From positions 1,623,941 to 1,687,940 of the forward strand of contig BCIN01000003.1 in NCBI GenBank assembly GCA_039545335.1: 64,000 nt of DNA. The letters are read 5' to 3'. Positions 42,601 through 56,588 of the stretch are shown one piece after another. Positions within the stretch are counted from its first letter, which is position 1. The number at the start of each line of letters is the position of its first letter. A program made the position numbers and the translations under genes. Source of the stretch: Kondoa subrosea (taxonomy: Eukaryota). The notes beneath the pieces are model-generated. The model was given only the letters and a program-made list of their open reading frames with translations, had not been told where the DNA came from and made no database searches.

Positions 42601-43599
42601 CGCACAAAAGCGAAAGAAACGCCGCTGCAAGTTTTTGTCTTTAGCGATGTGGTCGTTCTCTCTACCAAGCACAATGATGGGTTGAGATTGATGCGCGGAG
42701 GGAAATCGTCCTCAAAGAAAGACACAAAGGAGACTTATAAAGTGATTGAGGGCATTGGTCTTTCTCGGATTTTGGGTGTTGAAGATATCAGTGGCCGAAC
42801 AGGTAAGCTGATTGCAGCTAATGGTTACGCTTCTAGACTAACACTGTCCACTACAGAGCACGAGCATCTGCTTGATATTGACCTTCTCCCGATAAGCAGC
42901 GAAGCGGAATTGACAACCATCAGTCTCTGCGATGCGTCTTTGGCTTCGTCAATTTATCTCGCTATCCCTTCCGCTATAACATCGGCATCGAGAACAAGAA
43001 CCGCTCATGCAGGACTGCGCCCGAGCGAAGCCAATGCAAAAGAATGCGATCGATGGGCAACAGCATTCGAACGGTCTTTCTTTTCTGCTCTACGCTCCTT
43101 ATCTTTCCCTACCGACCTTGGAACCAATCCGACTTGGCCTTCAAGTAGTCCTATCACACCAAGTTTTGTTACTAACGAAGATCGCTACAATCCCAACGAT
43201 CGAAACTCTTTCGCTTCTATCTTGGATGCTGGTCTTCCGTATCCTAAAAGCCCTTCGCAACAAGATCTTCAGCGCGAACAGCGACATATTCACTCTCCTC
43301 AACTCGATGATGTTCAATATGAAGTAGAGGAAGAACGTCAGGAGAGAGGTTGGTGGGCAGCTCGGTTAAAGAAAGTCAAGAAAGAATGGCAAGCCGAAGA
43401 AGCTGCCATGCTTCAAGCGAGAATGCTATCGGCAGTCGGATCAACTCGAGGTGGTAGTGGAAGACCAGCTTTGGACGCGTCAACTTTGTCAGCTTCTGCC
43501 TTGAGAAGAGGTCCTAGAAGCCATCCTGTCAATGGAAGAGTAGCTGAAGAGATGAGTAGGACAGCTCTAGCTTCGAGACAGGCTCAATCAAGGCGATGA
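39652..43599 (+). CDS. RhoGEF (DH-PH) domain protein
   Basis: RQEIIWELCDTEESFV, LSSFLLKPVQRLMKYPLFFK and VFVFSDVVVL; upstream exon MQTSKQDGYQDDQSM splices in frame. Confidence 0.88.
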
Positions 43600-44109
43600 C
43601 CTGGAGGCGGATGGCTATAATAATAAAGAGAGTGGAACATTTCTAGTTTTCTGGGTTCGGGATGACAATAATGGACTCTAATGTATGCTGTATGATAGTT
43701 CTTGTGCTTTACATCGTATCATAACCCTGCCTGACTAAATTGTCTCTCCAAATTATCCGGCAAAAGCAAAGAGCGGACATCTTCTTTCGCGCGACGATAG
43801 CTGTCAAAGCCATCCTGTCAGCAGCCCATCGACTTCTCTATACACGATACAGAGCTATACACGTGGCTCGACTCTGGGCGTTCTAATTTCACATATTTGC
43901 TATTCTTCCTAGTGGTCTACGGTCCCCTTTCCCAGCTGGACTGTGTGCTACCTGTCGACCCCTGAATTCCGCTTGATCGGAGGAGCAGACCATCAATAAA
44001 CAACGGTCTAGGCAGTCCATTTCGAGATTTTGTGGCTTCGTGCGCGATAATCCAGAGTAAGCTTTCTTTTCCTCACCCCTCTTCACACTATACTACACTA
44101 CAGATCATC

Positions 44110-47100
44110 ATGACTGATGAATTGAGTGATTTCCAGATCTACTTGAACTCGCATGCGATGCCCCTAGAAGAAAGCAGACGACCTTCAATACAATCAGCCT
44201 TTAGCGGAGACAGCGTCTTCTCATACAACAGCTCTATATCTACTCCTGCTACTTCTGTAGCCAGTAATCTCAATTCACCCCTCTCTCCTTGCTTTCCAAT
44301 GGATTCTATTCATGGCAATATGAACAGGACATTCCCAACTCACATCCTTGGTCTCCTAACTGCTCTCGAGTCTGATCCAACCTCTGCAGCTTCGGCGTTT
44401 CGGTCTCAAGACGTGTCTTCAATGTTTACAACTTCAGCAGGCAAATCTGACCGACCGGTAGAAACAGAAGCCATTCACGCAGCATTGGCTCGAATTGCTG
44501 ATCGTTTAGCAAGAGCTGAAGCTATTCCTGTTCAACGACCTTCCGCTGCAAGAAGAAGTTCTTCAAGTTCTTCTCAAGTCTCGCAACCTTCTCAAAGCTA
44601 CATTTCTCCCAGCCCCGTTCTCAGCTCTCGCGCCTTCAGTGGTCTTGTTGGTATCAATGATTCTTCATCATCACCTCCACAAGCAGCTACTATTACTGAA
44701 GATGCGGACGCGGAAGAAGCTGCTGATCGTCCTTCAGCTGAAGAAGAATTAGGTCAACTAAGAGCGCAGGTGCAGGATTTCGCCAGAGTTTGCAAGGTGA
44801 TTCCTTCATCATGCGTCCCCTGAAGCAATGTGTCTGACTTGTTCTTGACCAGGCCGTCGCTTTGGGTGATTTGACTCAAAGAGTTGAAGTTACCGTACAA
44901 AGTCAAGATTTGGTTGAACTCAAGGACGTCATCAACGGAATGGTCACTAATCTTCGAGTCTTTGCTTATGAAGTGTCTAAGATCAGTCGAGAAGTCGGAA
45001 CGGAAGGGTGAGTGGAAGTGGCATTCAGCAAGTTTTCATGTTAAACATGCCCTTGCAACTGCAGCGTACTTGGCGGCCAAGCAATCGTCGAAGGCGTCGA
45101 AGGAACTTGGAGAACATTGACTGCTGATGTGAACAAGCTCGCAGGCAATCTCACTACTCAAGTACGATCTATCGCTGCTGTTACCAAAGCAGGTATGTTG
45201 CAGTAGTACGGGCACTGATTGACAAGCGCTAATCATGTTTTCAGTCGCTGCTGGTGATCTCTCGCGCAAGATTGAAGTTGAAGCAGAAGGTGAAATCAAA
45301 GAACTCAAAGTCACAATCAATACTATGGTGGATCAACTTCGTACATTTGCTGAAGAAGTCACTCGCGTTGCTTTGGCTGTAGGTACTGAAGGTATTCTTG
45401 GTGGTCAAGCTCGCGTTCCCGGAGTCAGCGGAACTTGGAAGACTTTAACAGACACGGTCAATCAGGTCAGTGCTAGGTGCTCTACAGTCTCCTCAAGATG
45501 ACTTACGTGTAGTTTTTACGGACTGACAGATGGCTTCCAACTTGACAACACAAGTTAGAGGTATTGCAACTGTTACTCGAGCGATTTCAAGAGGAGACTT
45601 GATGCAGGTCATCGATGTCGACGCGAAAGGTGAAATCTTAGGCCTAAAGACTACTGTCAACAGCATGTGAGCTTCCTTTCCTTGTTCTGTACGAGCAAAG
45701 CTGAACGAGACTTAGGGTGGAACAACTTCGAATTTTCGCAGCTGAAGTAACGAGAGTAGCGAACGAAGTCGGAACAGAAGGTCAACTTGGTGGACAAGCT
45801 TGCGTACCTCAAGTCGAAGGAACTTGGGCCGTGCTTACCGATACTGCAAGTCTAATATCCCCTTTGCGTGATTCTATTGCTAATGAGGCTTTGTAGGTCA
45901 ACGCTATGGCTCAGAACTTGACAGTATGTAATCTCTCACCTTGTGGCAACACTTTGCTCATCTTTGTTGGTAGAATCAAGTTCGATCTATTGCAGCTGTC
46001 ACTACCGCTGTAGCCGAGGGCGATTTGTCACAAAAGATTGAAGTCGCCGCAAAGGGAGAAATCTATCAACTCAAGACCACAGTCAATGGAATGGTCGACT
46101 TCTTGCGCCAATTCTCTGGCGAAGTTACTCGAGTCGCTGTCGCTACTGGTACAAATGGTATTCTCGGTCAAGTCGCCAACGTCGATGGGGTCAAAGGCGA
46201 ATGGAGGAATCTCACTGATAGCGTCAATACCATGTCTAGTCAAATCACATTGCAAGTTCGAAGCATCGCAATCGCAACTGTATGTCCATTATTCATTCGC
46301 TCTCAAAGCAATACTGACGTTTATTGCAGACTGCTGTAGCGAAAGGTGACCTTACGCAAAAGGTGCAAATCGAAGCTGCTGGAGAAATGCGTCAACTCTC
46401 GACTACCATTAATGATATGATTGATAGAGTCAGTTTACCTTTGCTAATCTTTCTCATGTTATTCATCTATCCAACAGTTGAGCTTGTTCGCCGCTGAAGT
46501 CACCAATGTTGCACGAGAAGTCGGAACCAGAGGCAATCTGGGTGTCGTCGCCAAGGTCGATGATATCGATGGAACTTGGCAAGAGATCACCAACAATGTC
46601 AACACCATGGTTAGTGCGATCAGGCAGAAGTGGTGCATACACTGACTTGTCTATCAGGCTCTCAATCTGACATCTCAAGTCAGAGCTTTCGCTCAAATTT
46701 CAGCAGCAGCAACTGCTGGTGATTTCAGTTCTTTTGTCACTGTCGAAGCCAGTGGTGAGATGAACTCACTCAAGACCAAGGTATGGTATACCGTGAAAAT
46801 TTCAACCTAGTGCTGATTCTGTATCTCAGATCAATGACATGGTCTATTCGCTCAGAGGTTTGTCTTTTGCCTCAACTATTGCCAACTTATACTCAACTTG
46901 TGCGACAGAATCACTACAGAAGAATACTGCAGCACGAGAGGCTGCTGAAATGGCTAATAGAAGTAAGAGCGAGTTCTTAGCAAACATGTCCCACGAGATC
47001 CGGTAAATTCGATCGCCTGCATCTACAAGTTCTGTTTACTAATAATGACCACGACAGAACACCTATGAACGGTATCATCGGCATGACAGCTGTTACTCTT

Positions 47101-48922
47101 GAAACTGAATTAACTCGAGCTCAACGCGAAAACTTAATGATCGTCTCAACTTTAGCTAATTCGCTGCTGCTCATCATCGACGATATTCTCGATATCTCCA
47201 AGAGTAGGTCTGCCGTCAAGTGCTTTACTTTCGCAGCTAAGGGCACTTTACAGTCGAGGCTGGTCGCATGAATATGGAAGAAATCCCCTTCTCTATGCGC
47301 TCAACTGTATTCGGTGTTCTCAAGACGCTGGCTGTCAAAGCTTCACAAAGCAAACTTGACTTGCTTTATCGAATGGATGATTCCGTGGTCGACTTCCTCA
47401 TTGGTGATCCTTATCGCCTTCGTCAAGTCATTACAAATCTGGTCGGTAATGCCATCAAATTCACTCAACATGGATGTGTCGCTCTCTCTTGCAGACTAGC
47501 CGAATACGATGAGGAAACGGAAATTAGCACTCTCGAATTCTGTGTGGCAGACACTGGTATCGGTATCAAGCCAGACAAGCTCAACCTCATCTTCGATACC
47601 TTCTGTCAAGCAGATGGCTCAACCACGAGGGTAAGTGCTAGCTTTCTCATAGATGAATTTCGCTGACATACATGGCAGAAATATGGTGGAACTGGTCTTG
47701 GACTGACGATCTCTAAGCGACTGGTTGGCTTGATGGGCGGTGATCTGTGGGTTAAGAGTGAATACGGTCAAGGTTCTCAATTCTACTTTACAACTCGAAC
47801 CAAAGCAGCGCCCTGGACCGTCGAACATGTTCGAGCCAAGATGAATGCAGCTCATCTGGGTCGTCGCATTTTGATCATCGATACTCAAGGAGCGGCAGAA
47901 GAGACAGCGCCAGCCGTCAAAGATGTTGGTCTAGATGTTACTGTCGTCAAATCGATCGAAGAAGCATGCCAGCAGCAAGCTCTCGGCGCCCTCTTCAACA
48001 CAGTCCTGGTCGACCAGCTATCTGTCGTCGAAGCTATGCGTGATGTCGACTACCTTCGATATATTCCCTTGGTTCTTGTTGCGCATAATATTCCTCAACT
48101 TAACCTCAAATACTGTTTGGACTTTGGTATCGCCAATTGTGTTGAACCTCCTTCGAATGCTCAAGACATGTGCAATGCTTTGATTCCTGCTCTTGAAACA
48201 AGCAATCGAAATGCATCGGACAATAACGGCGAGGTTGCGTTCAAGGTCTTGGTTGCGGAAGATAGTAAGTCTCTTATTCATCAACCCCAGCTCAAGCTTA
48301 TCGCTTCGCACAGATGTGGTCAATCAAAAAGTCGCTCTGAAGTTCTTGGAAAGCTGTGGGCATAGAGTTGAAATCGTCGAGAACGGTGCCTTGGCGATAG
48401 AAGCATTCAAGACCAAATCATACGATGTTATTCTTATGGATGTGGTACGTTCCTTTGTTCCATTTGTCTGCCTCGACTAATGTGCTTCTTAGTCTATGCC
48501 TGTCATGTCAGGAATAGAAGCTACAGCTCGCATCAGAGAGTATGAACATGAAGGCTCATGGCAGCCAATTCCTATCATCGCCCTGACCGCTCATGGTGTG
48601 TTGAAAGCTTCAATGTTGTCATCTCTGCTGATGAGGGATTGCAGCCATGCTTGGCGACAGAGAAAGGTGTTTACAAGCTGGCATGACTGACTATGTAAGT
48701 AATCTTCAAAGGAACGGGCTAGATACTAAGACTCTTTATTTTCAGCTTGTCAAACCACTACGCAAAGCAGATCTGGCAGCAATGTTGAAAGGTATTTCTG
48801 CTATCCGGGAACGCCTTATGAGTGCTAATCATATCATATCCATAGATGTGGTCACGGGAAGACGAAGCATCGCTCTCAAACCACGCAATCCACAAGAGTC
48901 TGGTGCTGGCTCAGGTGAGTGA
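44110..48922 (+). CDS. NIK1: Group III hybrid histidine kinase (Nik1/Os-1 type; poly-HAMP, HisKA, HATPase, REC)
   Basis: About six HAMP units (GDLxxKIEV...EVTRVA.EVGTEG); [32 protein letters not shown] and DVILMDV-MPVMSG. Confidence 0.95.
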
Positions 48923-49250
48923 TCTATCTTCATTGTAGATTTGCGCGCTGAATCTTTGTGACCATGACAGAGAACTGGAAGTAAACCTCTAACTCCGGCA
49001 GCGGGTTTACGTATATCATTATTCTTCTGCATTTGGGACTTGCATGCTATTCCAAGCATTGTATACAGTGTTATATTTACGCATCTGTTCGTTCATTGAT
49101 ACTTTATGACTCTTGTGACATCTATCAGACCACGTTCTTGTCCATATGTTACAATATAGCTGAGGAGAACCTGACGAGACATTTAACTTACATAAGCAGA
49201 GGAGCAGAAAACATTGAAAATGCTGTCTTGACCTGAAACAGCGAATCAGC

Positions 49251-50563
49251 ATGGCTTCTTCATCGAGTTTCTGCGCAATATGCAAAACAGCAAGCGCGAA
49301 ATACACCTGCCCTCGCTGCAGGCTGAAATCCTGTTCGGTTCAATGCACGCAAAAGCACAAACTTGCTGCTTCCTGTTCTGGCCAAAGGGACAAAGCGGCC
49401 TTTATCAAGCCAAATGAATATGGATACGGTCAATTGATGGATGATTACAAGTTTTTGGAAGAGATCGGTCGTTTTGTAGCTGATAAAGGGAAGCTGCTGA
49501 ATGAAAATGTGAAAGGCAGGGGAAAAGCTGTGGCTCGCAGTGTTGGATCGCACAAGGAGCCCGAATGGGTTAGAATGGCTAGACAAGCTGGAATTGAGGT
49601 TGTATTGCTGCGAGAAGGCATGGAAAGGCGAACACAAAACTCAACGAGATACACTAAAGCGTTTGTCTTCTGCTGTTATTGCGATTTGCACGCTCAATAC
49701 ACATGTACAGGACTAAAGTCTTCCATTTTACACTCACGTTTTCCGTCAAGTTGAATGCCGATCAAGCGGCTCTCACAACACACAACAACGCTGCTTCTTC
49801 ATCTCTGCTTGAGCTACTCAAGAAGCCTTTGACTGATGGAAGAGCAGCAAGAGCCATGTCAGCAACTCAAGCGACGACTCTTCGTCAAGCAGTTGCAAAT
49901 CCAGAATCAATCGTTTTCCTCTTACCTGTTCTTGCGAATCCACTTGAAGGTCACGCATACGAAATACCTAGAGAACCAACGCCTCCGCCTATTTCTGAAC
50001 CTGAACCAGAACAACCGGCTCAACCAGTAATGAATCATTCCTTACCAGCTCGACCTGATTTCGTTTTCGGTTTCGCAGCACCACCTCTGATGGCTGTAGC
50101 GCCCATAATACAACGGCCTATCCAGCAAGGACCAGTAAAGATGACTTCTGGACTGATTAAGCGGCCTATTTCCAATGTGCTTCCACCTGCAGCCGTAGTG
50201 GAAGAGCCTGCACTCAAGCGTCAGAAAATCGTATCGCCTTCTCCTCTTATTCCTATCTCTGTACCCGCAGAGGAAGCAGTACAGAAAGCACTACCTCGGT
50301 ATATCAGGCTAGACCCAACTTCAGAACTACTCCCACAATTAGCGAATCAAACTATTATCGAATGGCCTATCATTGAATTATGGACTTCTTCAACCTATAC
50401 TGGGCAGATAATCAGTAGAGAGATGGAAGTTGTAAAGGATTGGACGAATAAGCAGCAGAAAGCTTCTTTGCCGGAAGTGGAAGTCAAGAACGTTTCGCTT
50501 ATTGATTATGGAAGTGATTCAGAGGATGAAGCAGAGATTGTAGCAATGGGCTTACTGTCATGA
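49251..50563 (+). CDS. BCD1: Box C/D snoRNA protein Bcd1 / ZNHIT6 (zf-HIT)
   Basis: CAICK..AKYTCPRC..SCSVQC..HK...CSGQRD, DDYKFLEE and TIIEWPIIEL. Confidence 0.85.
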
Positions 50564-50698
50564 AATCCACTGTCGCTATTTGAATGCAGATGATCTGGCG
50601 GCTTACATAAAAATCCGCTCCTTGGCTTTATGCGACGATCCGCGACATTACTTTGAAATTAATACCCTGCCGCCCCTAGTCTACTCTGGTGACTAGCC

Positions 50699-52708
50699 AT
50701 GAAATACGGTGCGTCTTGAGTCTGCTTAGTTCCTGCGACCCATCTCTAATGTGCGAAACGTTTCTTTCAGGCAAAGCATTTGACGATTTACTAGCTCTGC
50801 CAAACTATGATGGCTGGCGAGAGAGCTCCATACAGTACAAGTCGGTATGTCCTCTGCTCTCAGACTTACTACACTCGCTTACCACATCAATTGGGCAGCT
50901 CAAGAAGATCATTTCAAGAATAACAGATGAGCTGGAATCGCTTGGTCTGAATGCGGATGTGCTCAAAGAAATACTGGATACATCTGCAAGTGATCACAAA
51001 GGGAAAGGGAAAGCTACAACATCGAGATTCAAAGGTCGAGCAGAGTACAATTTGGGTGGAACTCAAGATCAACCTTTGCCAAAGATCAAGCTAGTTTTCT
51101 CATCAGAATCAGAATCAGCTTCTTCTGCTATCGAAGACGAAACGGATGCTGAGTTTCTTAAACGAGTCTGGTCGAATCAGCCAGCTAGAAGTGGTTCTTC
51201 CGCTTCATCTTCGAATCAGATCTCAGAAATATCAGACGATGCATCTGAAGGTGAAGGAAATATGTCAGATTCAGGTCTAGGGCAAACATCCAAATCCAAT
51301 TCACCTAAATCTATTTTGGGCGAAGACGATGAAACTCCATCAAGTCTGGTTGATCTCATGTATATTCGTTCTCCTCCTACTTCTCAACCTAGCCCTCCAG
51401 GCACGCCTCGAGCTATACGTCACAATTCTTCCCGGTCGACCGTAACGGAACTCACACCGCTGGTTTTACCAAATACTTTCATCCCCTTACCTGAAGAAGA
51501 GACAGAAGATGCAGATGACGAAGGCCTTCCTTCCACACCTAGACATCTTAAACCTCCAACCTTACAACGGCGTAAAAGAAGAAGAAGAGCGAAAAGAGAA
51601 ATCGATATCCCTTTAGCAAACGATTCAGAGTTCTTTACTTTACTTGGATCAGCTATTTCTTCTTTACAAGAATTAGAAACGGCGGAAAAGACTTCTTTTG
51701 CAAATCAAGTTCAACAACTCGCTAGCCAGATTGCTAAAGTCGCTAGTCCTACAGCATCCAAATCCGATATGTATGCGTGAGTATATTCACTTCCGAATGT
51801 ATTACTATCAAACATACTGATGTTGATTTGAAATAGATGGAGAGAAATCTTTTCCACTTGGGTTGAAGCTCAAATCTTTGAATCGGAAAGAGAAAGAGAT
51901 CGAGGTGAAAGATCAGTAGAGGAAGCGGAAGATCGATTGCATTGGTTTGTTGAACAAGTAGGAAGAAACCAGCAAGCCAACAAAATGCGCAACAAGAGAT
52001 CTAAAGCTGAATTAGCTAAATTTGTTGAACTGAATGAAACTTTGCTCAACCTCAAGAAATTCTCTAAAGCGAATGAGGAAGCGGCAAGGAAGATCTTAAA
52101 GGTTAGTTGTGGTTTCAATTATCGCAAAGGTCGGTATCTGATGCTAGCCTCTAACAGAAACATGACAAACGAACAGCTCTCACAGCATCTGAGGGTTTCC
52201 CTATCTTCATCTCCCGCTTCTATGCGGATCTACCAGAAGGTTCAACAACGCAGCATCTCATCTTACCTGGTCTTCCTTCTTTACCTCATATCCTCTTAAC
52301 CACCTTTACTACCACTCTACTCCCCATTTTACCACAATTAGAAGACTACACTTGCATGATCTGTTCGGATATAGCATTCCGACCTATTCGACTAGAATGC
52401 AATCATAGGTTTTGTATACGTTGTTTAGTCAAGATGCAGAAAAGAGGTCAAGATTGTTGTCCTTGCTGTAGAGCTCCTGTAGTGAATAAAGCTAACGGAG
52501 GTAAATTCTGTTGTGTCCATACATAGCAAGCTTATACTAAGATATTAACTTCTGCACAGCCAACTTGGATCGGAATATGGAACAGTTCTTACAACTATAT
52601 TTCCCGAAAGAAGTCAAGGAGAAGCGCAAGTCGAACGCTAAAGAAGCTACAAGGGAAGAATTAGTCGAAATTGGTGTTGATCCCGACGCAAAGTGTATTG
52701 TTTCTTGA
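50699..52708 (+). CDS. SPX + RING-finger E3 ubiquitin ligase (Pqr1/Spx1-like)
   Basis: MKYGK...IQYK.LKKII, KILKKHDKRT and RING CMIC..IAFRPIRLEC.HRFCIRC..CPCCR. Confidence 0.88.
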
Positions 52709-52925
52709 TTGCATCCGAGCAGTAGAAGCAAAGGAGGTCGTGTCTTATTTCAAGAGAGCAATGGGGTGTTGAGCTGGGAGCTGGGAAAAGGTGTACAAGT
52801 GTTGTGAATTAGGATGTATTGCTATTAGTATAAGGGTTATTACTGTACTAAATGTTTTATCTACAACCCTGTCGGAACACACATCCTCCAATGACCAGCA
52901 GAAGAGATGCATAAAGACAATGCTC

Positions 52926-53896
52926 TTATTGATGTATCACTTGCTGATTTTGCTGATATGTGTTTGGCGGGAATCTGCAGACGAAATGTAAGCAAAGTCA
53001 AATAAGCAAGGCAGAAGCAGACTCACGCAGGCATAGCCGGTAAAGGCGGAGCAGCAGACCAGTTGTTGTAGTAGTAAGGAGTACCTCCAACAGGAATGGT
53101 ATTGGTTGTGTAAGTTGAGCGCATCGATTCCCTCTTTGACAACCTCTTCGATTCCCTTCGATTAATTTCGACAACTTCTTTTGCATCCTTTTCATCATCA
53201 AACTTCTCCCAAGTATCCCATGAACCGGTAGCAGTAGATTTCCGATGATTCCAACCAAGACCAGGTAAAGGCGCTTTGGGATGACTTGCTGAAAGACGAT
53301 CTTTTCTACGGAAATACTTGCTGGGCTTGAAGCAGGAGAGAACCATTAAGAGAAGGAAGAAGACTCCAATGACCACTCCGGTTATCCGAACACTCATATT
53401 TGACCGATCTGCATCATTGTCTGCAGCTGCTGTGCGACTTGGTGAAGCTGAGTGTGCAACAGAATGAGAGACTTGAAGCCAAGATGTTGAATTGATGATT
53501 GAAGCAGGGATAGACTGGATCATTGGCGCTGTTGGAAGACCAGATTGATGAGAGTGGAAGTCGGAGACAGAAGAAGCCAATACTGGAAGAAGTGGTGTCG
53601 CGGTGTTCTGTGAGTGTAAGCTTGATGAAGCGGTTGCTGAGGAGCGAACAAAACTAAGGGTGGTCGGTGATGCTTGCACAGTTCGAGATGTGTCTGCAGG
53701 TGTTGTGGCTTGATCTGAAGAAGAGGAAGATCGAACTTCTGATGGCAAGCGAGATGGACCCGAAGCAGCGGATCTTGACATAGTGCTTATTGGCTGAATA
53801 GATTGAGAGGAGTGAGCAGAACTTGCAGACATATGACCTTGTAGGAACAATCGCGTGGATGAAGAAGAAGAAAAGCAGCTCAGAAGCGATGCCCAT
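52926..53896 (-). CDS. Ser/Thr-rich single-pass membrane protein (Mid2/Wsc-like architecture)
   Basis: Hydrophobic N-terminal exon MGIASELLFFFFIHAI, S/T-rich ectodomain, TM ITGVVIGVFFLLLMVLSCF, basic juxtamembrane tail; last intron GTGAGT..CAG. Confidence 0.65.
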
Positions 53897-54321
53897 TGTA
53901 TACATGCTAGCTGGACGAATCTGACAGCGCTTCAAAACAAAAACTTGGAGTAGCTTATTGCTCGGCGAACCGCAGTTGAAATTGATAGAAGTCAACGCGA
54001 AGAGCCATACGCGTGCAATTTGAAGAGCCGTGATACAGCGTCAGCGAATCCGGTCTAGCGAGCAATGTCTTAATAATTCCGCGAGCAGATCCAAGTTGAA
54101 GACATGGAAAGAAAGTCAAGCAAAAGCACATCAGATGGGCGCGCAGTATGACATATGAACAGCATGGTGAAGACACCAGTCTGTGGCCTCAGATTCTACT
54201 GCATAAGATCTCTTGCACTTCAGTCTTCCAGTTTCACCAAATCAGCCATGGATCGAATGCCACTTGCTTGAATCTCGACGGGAAGAGAATCCTTGACTAT
54301 ATGCTGTACTACCAGCCAAAA

Positions 54322-55449
54322 ATGGCACAGGCATTCAGCAAAGTCGACGTCGCGATCAAAGGACATTCGCTTGTGAGCTCATCTCAAACGTATAAAGAGA
54401 CTATGCCAAAGCAGAGGCGCCGGCAAAGGCAGCCTGCTCTTTGTCGCGACTGCATCTCTGTCTGGTTCTATACTCTGTGATTGGCATGATCGATTTTTGT
54501 GTGAGGAAACATTCTTATCGCAAGACAAGCGCTATACTCTATTGTGTTTTATCGTGCTCGCTTCGTATCTCTTGTAATTCATCGCCAGGCTTGCGCCGCC
54601 GGAAATCGTCCTTTGTCGAATGAACAGCTGCAGAGCCCATTTCAGCGGCCGCTAGCTCTGCTCTGTTCTTCACTTCTTCTCCTGTCTCGTCAGCTTCCAG
54701 TAACAAGAGTTATATCATGCCAGGAAGAATCTTGCCAGTCAGTCTTGTCTGCTTTCGCGTGCTAACAGCTCTGACCTTTCTTTGTTGCAGACCGGCGCCG
54801 AAACTTTTCAGGCTGTCCAAGCCCAGAAACAAGCTTTCTCAATCTCTTCACAGCCAATGCAAGCCAAGAAGACCGAGCTGCATAGTCTCGAGCATCTGAA
54901 AGAACAGCTTTTCATATATCACAGAGCGCTCGAAGAACTGTCCTGCCTTGGAGCTCAGGAACGCAGACGATATTGCCATCGTCACCAGACATATCAAGAG
55001 CGATACGATCACACAATGCGATGCAACTTTGTCTGAAGTCTACCAAGCATGGGCGTTCTTGCAAGTTGCCATTGGCTCGGTCTCATGTCTGCTCGAACTA
55101 GTGCGCAAGGCTGAAGCAGGAAACATCGATGCTTATCAAGCTGTGATATACTTCTATGCAAGTTTGTCCTGCTAGCGAAGTGACTCCTTTCTGTTCTTTT
55201 CTGCAGATGCAGAATCTAATTTAGATTCTCAATACGACTCTCGGCCGCTCTCAGGTTCTGAGATCAGCGCAGATATTGACTCAGCTGAACAGGTCAATAG
55301 CTCATCAATCATTTGAGGGCTCAAGCAGAAGTATCATCAGTGAGCAAGAATATCTAGCTAATCTCAGCTGGACTAACTCCCTCTATTTCTAGCTCAGGGA
55401 GCATCTCAAGGCTTACCTGAAGGCGCACGGTTTCAGACCTTTCGGCTAG
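54322..55449 (+). CDS. Hypothetical multi-exon protein (boundaries uncertain)
   Basis: Chain of short ORFs separated by intron-like segments; helical segments such as VYQAWAFLQVAIG. Confidence 0.4.
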
Positions 55450-55577
55450 CTTTTGCTCAGTAAGAAGCAATTCCTATATATACCCTTTGTTCTTTTGACA
55501 GCAATTCCGTTTTCTCTTTGTCTGCTCGTCTGTCGGAGTCCACTCCGTCTATACTCTCTATCACTCCTTGGGTCATC

Positions 55578-56588
55578 ATGACGTTTGTGTCTCATAGCAC
55601 CGGTTTTACGGATTCAAAAATTGCCTCTCGTGACTTATATCCGTATTTCCCTTCTCTTCCGTACTATCACACGATCAGCAGGGTTGCTACAGCTTGATTA
55701 TCTCTCTCTTCCTGTGCGTCCGTTGAACCCTCTCTATACAAACACTAAACTTTGTGTACATGAATCTCCAAGGCAATTTCATTCAGGTTAGGCCCCTTTG
55801 ATAGCTCTGGGTGAAAAACTCAAGGTGATACTCTCAGTTGCCATCTATCGTACCTGCGGGTCCAACAATTCTCAGAAGACAAGATCGATCTATGCATGAA
55901 GTTGTTGAACTACTAGAACGACAAAAGCGGTCAACCGGTCCTCTAGCTCGAGCCTTACTTTATCATCATGATCAATTAGATGCTATAGGTCAACAAGTTG
56001 GTATGTTCATGCCTACTCTACCTTGATGTTGATGTTGCATCTTACCAACCCTTCGTAGGACGTTTACTTGATCCTCGAACTTCTGATCTGAGATTATGGC
56101 GTCTTTGGTCTTTCCACCAAGTATTGTGCACCATGTTGAATGGATTTATCAACCTTTTGGGTGTAATGGCTATAGCTAGAGAGGATGAAGAATTGTTCAA
56201 GTCGCTAGTGAAGGACAATGTGAGTGGCCTACTTTGGTTGAAAGTTGTCAAATTCAGTGCTGATTTGCGTATATTCTCAGATAGCAATGACCAGACGATA
56301 TCTGACAAAGCAATTATCGACGGGTAAAGAATATCTTCAGGTACGTTCTCGATAGTCTACCCACTTACGATTGGAGTAGCTTATCGAGCTCATAGATTCC
56401 CGACTTATCGAGACTGAACACAGAAGCTGCAAGTCTAATGTACAAAGCGCAATTAGCTGTAAGTGCAGCCAATGGCTTTGATTTTCCGCTCATATGCTGT
56501 CTAGCTTTCGCAATCGTTTGACGACAATACAGAGCTCATAGAGACTGGGCAAGAGAGGCTGAAAGGCAAAGCTACATCTGATCGTTAA
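55578..56588 (+). CDS. Hypothetical multi-exon protein (boundaries uncertain)
   Basis: Short ORFs with canonical splice signals; LWRLWSFHQVL segment. Confidence 0.45.
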
